From positions 28,611-92,610 of the forward strand of contig CBFFRP010000375.1 of assembly GCA_965644295.1 (NCBI GenBank): DNA of 64,000 bases, written 5' to 3'. The DNA comes from Paraphysomonas bandaiensis. Taxonomy: Eukaryota > Protista > Chrysophyceae. The notes below the pieces were generated by a model. The model was given only the letters and a program-made list of their open reading frames with translations. It searched no databases and was not told the DNA's origin. Below are positions 23,703-36,300 of the stretch, in pieces (position 1 is the first letter of the stretch; each line of letters opens with the position of its first letter). The translations under genes and the position numbers were made by a program.

Positions 23703-25720
23703 GCAAATACTGGAGAGCAGCACACAGGAAAGGAATGCTTATTAATGATGATAATGATAAGATAATAGTAGATGTAGTTTTGTTTGATTCCGGTTCGAGT
23801 AATGATAATTTTATTTCTAAGGCATATATGGATGAGGTGGGAGATAAGTTGAAGAAATTTGTTGTGGAAAGACCAATACGAGTCAGAGTAGCTAATGGGA
23901 AAGATGTGCATATACAAGGTTATATTCCTGTTATGGTGCAGTTTAAGGATTAGGAAAAGACTTACAGTGCAAAATTGAATCTATACATACTGGATGGACT
24001 AACTAAGGAAATTATAATAGGCTTGCCGGCGATATGTGAACATTTTTCAGAGTTGTTTTGCAAGATGGTTCGGTCGACTAGTAGTGTAGAAACAACTACT
24101 ACTATAATGTATTTGGATTTACCTACTGGTGGAGGGTGTGAAGTGAACTATGCTATAGAGGATTTTGAAACGAAATATGATCAAATCACTAGAGCTACAA
24201 CACGTGAACCATGGGATAATCCAGTTCCAGTAATAGCTCCAGAGGATGAGATGATGCCTGAACCTTGTTCTTTTGGTGGTCTTGTAAACTTCATGGAGAT
24301 GTCAGTTGAGGAAGCACAGGAGGAGTATCTGAATAATTTGGAACAAAAAAGTTAATCCTGAGTTTGCAAAACAGACGAAGTTTTAGAATTGTTAAAAACA
24401 TTGGGCATACAAGTGTTTGTACCTAGGGAGTGGACTGGTATTAGAATGACTCCACTTAAACTCAAATGCAAGTCAACGATACCAGATCGCATTAAGCCCA
24501 TGCGAAGGGTTCCTCCGAAATTGTACGATAGGACCAAGCAGGAGTTTGAAAGAATGTTAAAATATTTCTACAAGAAGAGTATGAGTCCATATGCGTCGCC
24601 TATTGTAGTTGCACCAAAGGCAACAAAACCATTTATAAGAATTTGTGGTGACTATCATATTGTCAATCTACAGATGGAGAGCCCACACTATCCTATTCCA
24701 GATGTTTCAAAGAGTTACATAAGGCAGCCGGTTTCAAAGTTTTTGTTGATCTTGATATATGTAATGCATTTCATGGTATACCTTTGGATGACAGTACATC
24801 AGCGTTATTATCAGTGCAAACCCCGTGGGGGCAATTCGAACCGAAGTTCCTGCCGGCTAGTGGAGTGCTAATGATGGTGATGTCTGAAATATTCAGTGAT
24901 TATACCGAATGGATGATTGTCATATTTGACAATATGCTGATATTAGCGAACGATTATGATGATGCCTACACTAAGTTGGAATTGGTCCTATTACGTTGCA
25001 AAGAATATAATGTCGTGTTGAAGTTATCTAAGAGTAAGTTCGGATATTCTTCAGTGGAGTTCTTTGGATATTTGTGTTAGGATAATACTTATGCGCTGAC
25101 GCAAGAACGAAAGGATTCGGTCAATTCAATTACTTTTCCGGAAGGTTCGAACAAAACTAAACAAATGCAACGGTTCTTAGGAGCAGCAGTGTATTTCAAA
25201 CCGTTTATAATGAACTACAGCCAACTAACTCATAGACTCATTGACATGACCAAAAAAGACTTTGATTGGACAGAAGCGAGTTGGAATGTTGACTACAGGA
25301 AGGAGTTTGAATTCTATATGTCCGGATTATAATTTACGATGGCTTTTGATGACTGATGCTTCAGACTATGCCTGTGGTGGAGTATTGATTCAAATTGCAA
25401 TCTCAGGTGAGGGTGTTGAGTTGTTTCAAGTCAACCAATTCAATGAAATGGTCCATTATTGATAAGGAGTGTTTTGGAGCGTTCTATAGCATGTATAAAC
25501 TGTCATATTATGTTCGGGGTAAACACTTAAACAATGTGCTCATGGATCATGCCAATCTGAGACGTATTGGCATCCTTTGTATATTTTTGTTCAAAGATGC
25601 CTCTAATATTGAGATAACAATTATATGTATTCCAGCTCTAGTTGTACTTCAGGAATATAGAGAAATTTTGCTACAATTTATTTCCGAAAAATAAGATGCT
25701 AAGGCTTTTTTGAGGTAGAT

Positions 25721-25860
25721 TTTCCTTGATAACAGGGAATTTTGGTTAATAACAGGGATTTTTGGTTGATAACAGGGAATTTTGGTTAATAACAGGGATT
25801 TTTGGTTGATAACAGGGATTTTTGGTTGATAACAGGGAATTTTGGTTGATAACAAGGGTT
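25721..25860. repeat. Tandem array, 7 x 20 bp TTTGGTT(G/A)ATAACAGGGA(A/T)T
   Basis: Read directly; first and last units degenerate. Confidence 0.95.
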
Positions 25861-26126
25861 TATAGGATTTCTTTTGGAGGACAACTACAGTACTGTTGAT
25901 TTCGAAGTTTTCAAGTATTTTTCATGCATTCGTAAAAAAAACAGGATTTTGTACAAACATTCAAGGTATTTACAGCAGTACATTGAAGAAAATTCATGTT
26001 TTCTAGAGCTTTATGAATACGACATATGTGTACATGAGTGTGTACAATCACTTAACCATTCCTCAATAATATCCCCGTATATGTTAAGATATCACTATAT
26101 ATATGAGGTAAGTTACATATTTCTGA

Positions 26127-29082
26127 ATGGGCGATTTGCTAGTCAATAGCGACCCTAAGTCACTGCCTCCAGAGTCATACAGAGCACTGTATAAGGACTT
26201 CTTAATGTACGTATGAATATATATATATACACACACGTTATTTATATATATAACATGCTATATATACATATTACAGACAATTTAAATACTCTGAAGTGAC
26301 TGATATAACCAATCAAATCACTGGACCAGAAGAACACATATCGTTAATCATATCTGCTCAAGATTTAATATGTTTCGACTCCTCATTAGCGTTTCATACG
26401 ATTCATTATCCGAATCTTTTAATACCTGTATTCGAAGAGGCTCTTATTGAGTTACAGTGTTCTCTTATCGATACATATCATTCAAATGATTTGACTAAAA
26501 GAACAGTTAAACATCTCTGTCATATTCGGATAACTGAATTGCCCCCCATATCAGAGCTCTCGAAGATGACTATCGGACAGTTGAGATCATTTGAAATAGA
26601 AAAGTTAGTCCAGATTACAGGTACAGTCATAAGGACAGGATCTGTTCAAATGCTGAAAGTTTCAAAGGAGTATGAATGTACGAATACGAAGTGTGGCTTC
26701 AGGTTTAGAGTGAGGGCAGATCCGGAGCAGGGAAATGTTTTGCCCCAACCCAGACGTTGCCCCTCCACTGCGATCCCGATAGATGATGGTGGGAACCGCA
26801 AGAGGTGTACTAGTACTAGTTTTCGGGAGGTGGAAGGATCTGGAGAGTGCGTGGACTACCAAGAGATTAAAATTCAAGACCAAATGGAGAGGTTAGCAGC
26901 AGGCCATTCTCCACAATCTATATATGTAGTACTGGAGGCGGACTTGGTCGACAAATGCAACCCAGGAGATGACGTTATAGTGGTAGGAACACTGGTGAGG
27001 AGATGGAGGTCAGTACGGACTGGCTCGCGATGCCAAGTCACAACCTCATTGAAGGCCAACAGGTCGTACCTTCTGTAAGTGCATCACACTGCTCACTCAT
27101 TTTACAGTATACGGTCTTTACACGAAGGAAAAAGACGCAGCGTTGCTAAGTACGATTTTTCTGTATTCGCCAACCGTTGGAAAGCTAAATGTAAAGATGG
27201 AATTGGAAGCACACTGCTGGAGCGGGATAGAATACTGCGTGCAGTATGTCCTCAGCTACATGGGATGGCTATAGTTAAGCTCTGTCTGCTATTGACACTT
27301 ATAGGGGGATCGACTGCGGCCGCCTCTGGACCCTCTCAATACCGCCGACGATGCCAGAGTCACATGCTCGTTGTAGGGGACCCCGGCAGTGGTAAGAGTC
27401 AACTCCTGCGGTTTGCTTCTTCGCTTCTTCCCAGATCTGTATGCACCACAGGGGTTGGTACTACAGGTGCAGGCCTTACATGCACTGCCGTCAGAGAGGG
27501 GAGCGAGTGGTCAGTGGAGGCAGGGGCTCTCGTGCTGGCAAACGACGGTGTATGTTGCATTGATGAGTTTTCAAGTATTAAGGAACAAGATAGGGCAACA
27601 ATACATGAAGCCATGGAACAGCAGACCTGCTCAGGTAGAGTACTTATAGTTGTTGTAGACATACTCTTTTTACACTGGCAATGCAGTGGCCAAAGCGGGG
27701 TTAGTAGTGAAGCTGAACACACGATGCTCTGTGATTGCGGTGTGCAACCCGAAGGGGTCCTATGATTTGTGTAGTGATGTCACAACCAATACGGCAATCG
27801 CGGCGCCCCTCCTGAGTAGGTTTGATCTGGTGCTGGTCCTTCTCGATATCCCACAGAAGGAGTGGGATAGGGACATTTCTACTGCGCTGCTATTGCAGGC
27901 GGTAAACGGGCCACGAAGTGCACAATCAGTTCCTGGGTCGGGTGACAATTTCTGGACCGTGGAAACACTGAGGAAGTACGTTATGGTTATTCGAGACCGT
28001 CTGCAGCCCACGATGACCACTGAAGCGAGGTATTTCTTATATCTTTAGTAATATGACTGAAGTATTTTAGGTGCCTCTTGGTGAGTTAAATATAACTTCA
28101 AACACGAAACTTATGGAAGCGTTATTTATTTGTTTAGATGCGGTACTATCAGATGCAAAGGCAGAAGACCGATCGCTCTTCTGCGCGCACTACTGTTCGG
28201 CTTCTTGAAAGCTCTATGCGCCTTGCAGAAGCACATGCGAAGCTGATGTTTCGAGAGGAAGTTTTGGTACAGGTATGTCTCTCTTGTTTACATGTAATGT
28301 GTCACATCGTTGATATAGGATGCTGTGGTGTCAATATACTGCATGGAGCTGTCCTCTCATCCGGGGTGCTCTCTTGGTGAGTGGCGCATCGAGAAACGTT
28401 TTTCTTATTGTCAAGCAATTGTCTTTACTTGCAGATAGGAGCAGGATATCGCCGTTGCGGGCTGATTTTCCTTCTGATCCTGAAGCTGATTACGTGAATA
28501 TCGAAGACAATGTGTTTTTGACTCTACAGTACACAAGGTACGGTGTTAGTCAGTACCTCGATGCTCTAATTTTGTCGATAGGGCGATGTTAAAAGTCGAC
28601 GCTTTGAACATTGGAGGGTTAAATGACAATGACTTCGATACCAAATCCGAACGAGACACTACTTTGCCACATGAACGAAACAACTCGAATGAGTGCTATT
28701 CTTCAAGGAATGGGGACCACTTGCATGCAGAATATTCTGACGAATGTAGACAAGGTACTCCAGTCAAATTTTTGTCAGGTGTTAATGATGTATTTCAGCG
28801 AAGCGACAAAGGTCTCAATCTGAGCGGACAAGTACGGAGCAGAGTACCCCCTCTGATTTCTTTCCAGCTACAGTTGACTCCAATGTCACTTCTGATTCGG
28901 GAGCCGTCTGTAACAGTCATTGTGAGATCCAACATACCGCTTCCAAGCTCCCTGTGAATAATGATGATAGTGGTACACAAGAAATACAAGCAACGCAAAA
29001 GGGTTCTATATGGGAAGCTGTGAAACCGTCATCTTCGGTCAGATTTATGATAGAAAATAGTGATGACGAGAATATATGGTAG
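26127..29082 (+). CDS. MCM9: DNA helicase MCM9 (multi-exon)
   Basis: MCM N-domain with Zn finger and DYQEIKIQ; Walker [71 protein letters not shown]. Start, end and some exon borders are approximate. Confidence 0.85.
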
Positions 29083-29703
29083 CTGTTGTGGTTGTGAGAG
29101 AAATTCTCAGTCTAATTTTTGTATTTTTGGAATTTTTTGCTAATCGCTGTTGAGATCATATTGTTATCCCCATTTTCCAGAGCTCGTGGATACCATTGGC
29201 GGTTATTCTCGGGCCCATCATGTTATGTCTTAAATTTAGGAATCATTAATAGTTGTGTCGACGAAGAAGTATTTGTAGAAGTTATAACATTTCTCTTGTT
29301 CCGAATACTTATTTTGGAATGGGGCTTATTGATGAAGTTTAATGTGAGCCACGCAACCGTCAGCTCACTTCTTTGATCTTACTTCAAACAATGAAATTGA
29401 AATATACCGAATGTTTATAACACAAAGCTCACGGATCACTTGTTCACTAGTAATCTTACAGCATCGTGATTATATTAGATAGTCGTTGAAATTAAATATT
29501 AGTAACACTACAGTGAGCTCGCCCTGATCTTGTACACACCCTGAGACATGTATCATCACTACGCCTATCTTCAGGTACCTCCTGAATTAGACCACAAACA
29601 CTCCGTCATTCCCTACAAAATATGGAGCGTGCCACTAGCCTCCTACGATTTCGTACGATCCAGAAGACGTAATGAAGACCTGACATGACTAAACTTAGCA
29701 TGC

Positions 29704-29835
29704 ACTGTTCGGCTTATTGAAAGCGACATGCGCTTTCTTGCTGAAGCCCATGAGAGCTGATGTATCGAGGAAGGTATTGCTACAGGTATGTCTCTCTTAT
29801 GTACGTACAATTGTCACAACCATTGTTGATTTAAA
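29704..29835 (+). pseudogene. Diverged duplicate of an MCM9 exon end plus intron
   Basis: ACTGTTCGGCTTATTGAAAGC...TACAGGTATGTCTCTCTT matches ~28192..28315. Confidence 0.75.
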
Positions 29836-30370
29836 TGAAACTTTGATACATTGCAACTGCAACCAATCAATAACAGTCAGGGTTTATACATATACGGTCA
29901 AAGTACTTGGAAGTAGAATTATAATTACGTCCGTACTTATTTCTTCGGTTCCGTCTGTAACTTTCCACTCATGTTTGACTGAGAATATCTTTAGACAATC
30001 TACTTTTGATTATTGAAGCTCTTAGACATTCGCCTGGTGATTGCTATTCGCCTCTCATAACACCTCGACCACCTTCGGGTCAAAATTTTAATGAATAGGG
30101 CCGAAGTTATCTCTCCGTTAAGAGATATATTGCAAAAAAAAAATGACACAACTTTATAATGGCATAGCTACTACTGTTATTGGTACAACAAGTATGATGT
30201 AAAGTATAGCAAATTAATAAACTTCATAAGCTCGTGGCAAGTGTCACTTCTCTACATATTACCAAATTGATAAAATATCAAACAAACAGATGAGATAACT
30301 GAACAAAAAGTAATTACTATTCACACTACACTTCTCTTCAGTATCATACAAAATACACCTCCATAACTAT

Positions 30371-33300
30371 TTACATTCCATTCTCAAAAGTATGCAAGTG
30401 ATCAAGCATCCAGTCCAACCGAGTAACAAATCTATCGGCAGATCCATCATCTGGCATATATGAAGAACATGACGAATTTTTCCCATTCACTGTTTCTTCG
30501 GAAAGTTTTCTAGAATGCTCCATACAACTCTCCATGTATGACTCCGCATCAATATCCACTGAGTTACCCTAAATGTTCATCCAAATCATTATAATATCCT
30601 GTTTGCAAAACAACTTTCATAACCCCTACCTTCAAAGAACTTCGAAATTCACGCGACCCTTTCAGGATTCTCTGATGTAGCCCGTGCACCCATTTCGATA
30701 TAGTTTGCTCCTGAGTTCGCCCCAGTTTATCATTTGAAGACCGTGCCTTCGCAAGAGTTTCGCAAACAGCCTTTCCTAGTATTGCTTTATCTTTCTGTAG
30801 TTTGTCCTGCAGCTGTCGTACGTTACGAGATCTCCGCTGGGCAAGTTTTTCCTACGAACAACATGTCAGTAATTAAATTCGGCAACAAACATCTTAACTT
30901 GTATTTTATCCGTGCGCTGATACACCGCCGGAAGCATTTTTGACACTTTGATTTTTAATTGTTCAACGCATTCCCTGAATATATGTCACAACGACGAATA
31001 AATACACAACACAGACCTTTGTGCACTACTATTAAACCATTCAATAAAAGCAGAGGAGTCCATCGGAATCGCTATATCACGAATTCCTTCACATTCTAAT
31101 GTTGATTCGGATCCACAACTACCATCTCTTCCAGTACCAGCCTCTACTTCATCATCTGACTCGAAATTTTGAGATTCCTGCGCATCAAAGCGGATATCAC
31201 GCGTTTGAGAATTGTCAACATCATCTGCCTTCGAAAAATCGCGGGATATAGAGCTCTCTGACTGCAATTTCTTTGATATATGCCTACTTGTACCTGGCGA
31301 TGTCTTGGGGCTTAAATTAGTTGTAGGAGATGTGGACTCCGTTGGTGGCCCACTTCCCCAAGATCCCCACCACGACCGCTGTGTGGAAGTCGGTGGGGAG
31401 TAAGCCAAGTCATCAATCGGCGAGGAGCATGGGTTACGAGACCCAAAACTATTCGTAAAACCATCCAACAATATTTCTCGCTGATCATCACTGAACTGTG
31501 ATGAGAGGATCTTTTCAATAGTTCGATGGCATTCACCCGAGCTCTGAGTACTGTTTTGAACCAACACTAAAGCAGCGATTTGTAGATTTACAACGTCGCC
31601 TACGTACGCATCACCGGCAGAATCGATGTATTGGTCACAAGCTTCCAAAAACATTTCTAGGAACAAGAGTAGAACGTGCTGGTCATGAATCGTACGTGTT
31701 GGCGCCCCAGAAACGAGGAGATTTAAAACCGAGGAGTGTAATTCTGCCAGAGATGACACTCTGCTCCACACATTTTCTGAACGGTCCACAAGACATCTAG
31801 TAACGTAAGCATTTCTAACATCTGGCAGCAACGAGTCCTTTATTTTAGTGCGCGCTTCTGGGGGTGCGTGAAAAGTGAGAGAGTTCATCACATGAACTGC
31901 CCTTACACAAAAATCGAGAGTAGTCTCGCATTTCTCAAGAACCTGGTCAAGAAGTGATGATAAATTGCGCATCAAATTTAGAGAACGCTCTGCATTAGCA
32001 CTTTGAGACTGCTTCTCATAAGATTCGAGTATATCAAACAGCATAGCCAGTTGATAATCTCTTGCTTCAGGAACAGGAAGTCGCATAATATCATACATTT
32101 TTCTAGAGGAATGTGGCTTCATTACTACGTCAAGTGCAAGGGCAGCTTGTACTAAGTTCAAGAGAGGATCAGTGTAGCGATCCAGTATATTATTATGCCC
32201 GGAGAGTGAACGCACACCGTAGGCTTGTTGATAAGTTGTATAATGTCCTCCTTCCAGTGACTCATCTCCACTATCTAGACCAGAAGCACTTTCGCCTTCC
32301 GATGCACTTAAGAAAGCGCTATCACTTAATAAGTCCTGCAAGAAAATTAAAGTGAAACAAATACCTCTGTATAGCTGATCTACCTGGCTCGAACGTCTTC
32401 TAAAAAACAACAGACACTCACATATCCAGAGCAGCCAGTCCTTCTGCCCGCATAATATTTCTACATTTCGGGTGGCACGAGCCATCGCTTCGGCATCAGA
32501 TTCATCTGTGCCGAAACTCGAGGGATTGATGCACTCTTCAAGAGGAATAATAGCCAAGCTAACTCTGTCAGGTGAATTCTCATTCTGTAACACCGCCAAT
32601 AGGGGCTGCAACAACTGGGGAAGAGCAATCATTTCAGCCTTCGAACAACACTTGCGAGAGGGACCACTGTTCTCAGCGCCATTACAACGATTGAAGCTAT
32701 AGGACTGTCTCGAATCTGTCACCGTTCCAGTGACTGCAAACTCCTGCTCGCCAACAATAGGGTGTGTTTCATATGCGCTTAATTTCTTAGAATCAGATAT
32801 TTCTTTCGGTCCATCATCACCACTTTCTAAAACCATGGTGTCTTTTGAAGATTGTGAAGTACTCTTTTCATCAAGAGGGCTACTCAATTCCGCATCACGA
32901 GGAACATCTACTCCACCACTACTTGCCGATGTCGCATTAGTGTAGCTCGATCTACCCATCCAATTGAACATTGACATCAACCCTGAATTTTGCGGAGCAG
33001 CAATCTGCGACGCCTTCTGTTGAAGACCAGTTTCCTCGCCGTCAAACTTTCCACCATCAGAAGACCGATGAGATTCACACTCAATGCTTGCCTGTAATTT
33101 ATCATGTGGTGGGAGTGCTGATTCATGAGCAGCACGATATACTTCATTCACACCGAAGCTGTGCGTTTCCAACACAGATTCCGAACTTGTTGCATGGAGG
33201 TCCTCATTCAAGCTCACAGTTGTGTTTACCCTTGATCTATGAGCATCAGATGTTCCCGTGACAGACTCAACCTGCAGTTCAATTACACTACCAAACAAAA

Positions 33301-36300
33301 GAAGTGTACACAAACCTCATCAATGACATCTAGTTTGTGAAACATCGCAGATGTCGTGCTACCCTTGGATTGAGGTTTCTCTGCTATAATATTGCCTCGT
33401 TTCCCCATTCGCCAAAATAAAAGTGATAGAAGCGCATCCACAACTGGTTCGCTATCTCCACTGAAATCGCACATTCTAGAGGCAATACAGGCAAATCCCT
33501 GAATGCGGTCAAACTGTGACACCAATCGCTGGTCCAGCTGATGAGAACAAAATGTTGACGATGCAAACACGAACGGTATATCTAGCACATACCTCTCCGG
33601 TATTCGAGCTTAGAGATAATCCCAAAAGATGCAACCCTCTGGCTTTTATAGCCACGTGAGAGCACCCTAGGAGATCAAAGATAAAATACCAAAGCGCATT
33701 TCCTACAATCGATAAAAAAATTACCGAACAATACAATTCAACAATTGGTAAGAGCTACCAGGTAAAGCAGATCTGGACATTTGTAAGATCGTTCCCACAA
33801 GTGGTCCATCACAAGCATTCAAAATGCAATCTAATGCCAGCTGTTATTAGAAGAAAACGAAATTAACCAATATCTTGTGAGCGGTAAAAATTTAGCCATA
33901 ATACCTGTACAGCATGAAGTTTCCAAGCTGTATTATATTATACTATATGAGAGCGAATAGGTAGAGAATAAAAGACCTACCTTCTGGAGATGTCGCCTTT
34001 TTCCCCGACACATACAAGGGCACGCTATGCGCTTCATCAGTGGATATTCCCTCACCTCTAGCAGACAAACACTTATCATGCGCAGGACTTTGAGTAGCAC
34101 TTCGTGGTAGATGAGAAGGCAGCATATGTCCCTCAAATCTGCGAAGTCAAGAAATGAACAGCAAAAAGAAAAACGTACTACAGACACACACCTCAATATG
34201 AGCTCAATAAATCGAAACAGGTCTTGCATGTAGTTTACTGAAAACCCGGACGGTGTGGTCATCGCTACTGGTATTGGGAGAGATGGTAATTGCCCTGATG
34301 TACCTGTGATGATCAACTTCAGAAGTCGTGATACAGCCAACTGTAACTTATATGGAAGTGAAGCTGATTTGAGTAATCCAGGGTCTCCAGAGGCAGCGTT
34401 ATCCGTAGCTTTGCGATGCCGCATTGAATGGGAACTTGCCTCCGGATTCGTGGACGTAGTTGGTAACTTAACTCCATACTCGACTCTTCCACCGCAGAAT
34501 GAATCTGTAAGTGCTTGAACACTCTGCACTTCATCGCATGTAATCCACAGAGACAGTATAATGAAAAAAGGCGTCATTCCAATCGCATCCAGAAGTTTCA
34601 TAACATTTTCGGGACTATCATCGCACAATTCAATCAACCACTCCACAGTACTCCGAGCCAATTGCATACGCTTCGGAGAAGCCACAGAAATATTCACGGC
34701 TAAAGACAAAAAATTGATACGTTGAATTTTATCAGGCGCCCTATGAGACTGAAGGGAGAAGCTTTGCAAATTTACAACACCTGGTACGGTTGCAGTTAAA
34801 TCAAATAATACTTGCATGGATGCTTCTGAAGTTATCTGAGGAGTTGCTTGCAAGCAATATAAGATTACAGAATCCACATCACGACGGTTGTACTCGTCAT
34901 ATACATTTCCAGAAGACGTGATGAGACTTGCAATGATGCGCAACGTAGCCACTTGTCGAGGCCTATCTATTACAAGAAGAGGATACCACACAACAAGGCC
35001 ACCCAGCCGCGACATCTCACTGACAACCAACGACGCGCTGTGCACACGCACAGATCCATGGATCATTGTAGACGGGACGTTGTCTTTATCTTCATCTTTC
35101 GAAGGGCCAGAAAACATCGTCAAAAGCTCTGTGACTAATGACGACGAGTTCTGTTGTCCAGATGCAACTGCGCTAGGATCGTTGTAAGAACCGGTTGTAG
35201 AGTCATGATTCTCATACATCGAAAATGAAGATAGCCCCATCTCATCGCGAGGCTGCGCAATGTTATCCATAGCGCGTGATACTGTAGCAGGTGAGAGTGA
35301 TCGAGATATTCGCCGAGAAGATACAGATGGCACTCCAGGTTTGGAGCCACCTTTATCTGAAGCATCCAAATGATCAATTCCACTTGAACGCCTACTGGAG
35401 ACTCGTCCTCTCGACTCTTCAGAGCATACTCCAATGTCCGATTCTCCTTGTGATTGACGCCCTACATCCTTCCCAATTCTATCACTGTGCACTACGGTGG
35501 CACTAGTTCCACTGTACATAGATTCCTCAGGAGAGTATCGAACAAGCTTTCGCAAGGACGAAAATTCGGCGAGTCCAGAGCCAACACCAGAGTGGTAAGC
35601 TGATGCCAACATTGCAGAGTCTGGCATGCCTTCAAAAACGGCAAAACCACCCAAAAATCCACTGAACCCCCCAACTAATGTCTTAAAAGTTTGTAAAAAA
35701 TCCAATTCTCGACTAATTTTGGCTTCAAAATCAGGAGGATAGTTCGCGAATCTGCTCTTTCTGGCCCACGATGATAAACTATCAAGACTAATGTCGTAGG
35801 CTACTTGTTCATCTAGCAAACCCCCGATGCAAGTATGTAGAGGTAGATCACGAGAAGCAGTGGGATACTTTATTCCAACAGGTAGTTGTACATCACGACG
35901 GTCAACGGCTTGTAAACCACTTGATGTGAGCTCAACATATCCCAATGCAGTCCAGTAGAGGACTCGCTTGGAAACTCCGTCAACTGAGCACTGTACCCCA
36001 ACAGATGACAACGACACACATAAAAGGTGCCAACTTCCCATTTCAGACCAATCGTACTCAACGATGACATCAGGTGTACAAAAATGAGCCAACGATGACA
36101 CAATTCTTCCATCCAATCCAAGTACAGCTTCAGCAGGAATATTGGATGGTTCTGAAGTCGAGCATTGGTAATCTGGACATGTAGATTTTTGCTCATTGTA
36201 CGATATACACAACTGCAGAACACGTCTGTCAAGCTTTTCTTCCGGTTGTGCTTGAGAATCGCTGCAACCACCAGAAGCAACGCTTACAGAGTCGTACTCA

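Larger units (their letters stand above)
18121..25560 (+). mobile_element. Decayed Ty3/Gypsy element (gag end, PR, RT, RNase H), interrupted by a Copia
   Basis: LFDSGSS protease; RT motifs SPYASPIVVAPK, RICGDY, TPWGQFE, VIFDN, VEFFGY; RNase H TDAS, DKECF; many stops and frameshifts. Confidence 0.9.

Noticed and set aside
25721-25860. I-SceI site or rRNA fragment (GATAACAGGG core)
   Set aside because: Only a 10-bp match, with no flanking rRNA or endonuclease context.
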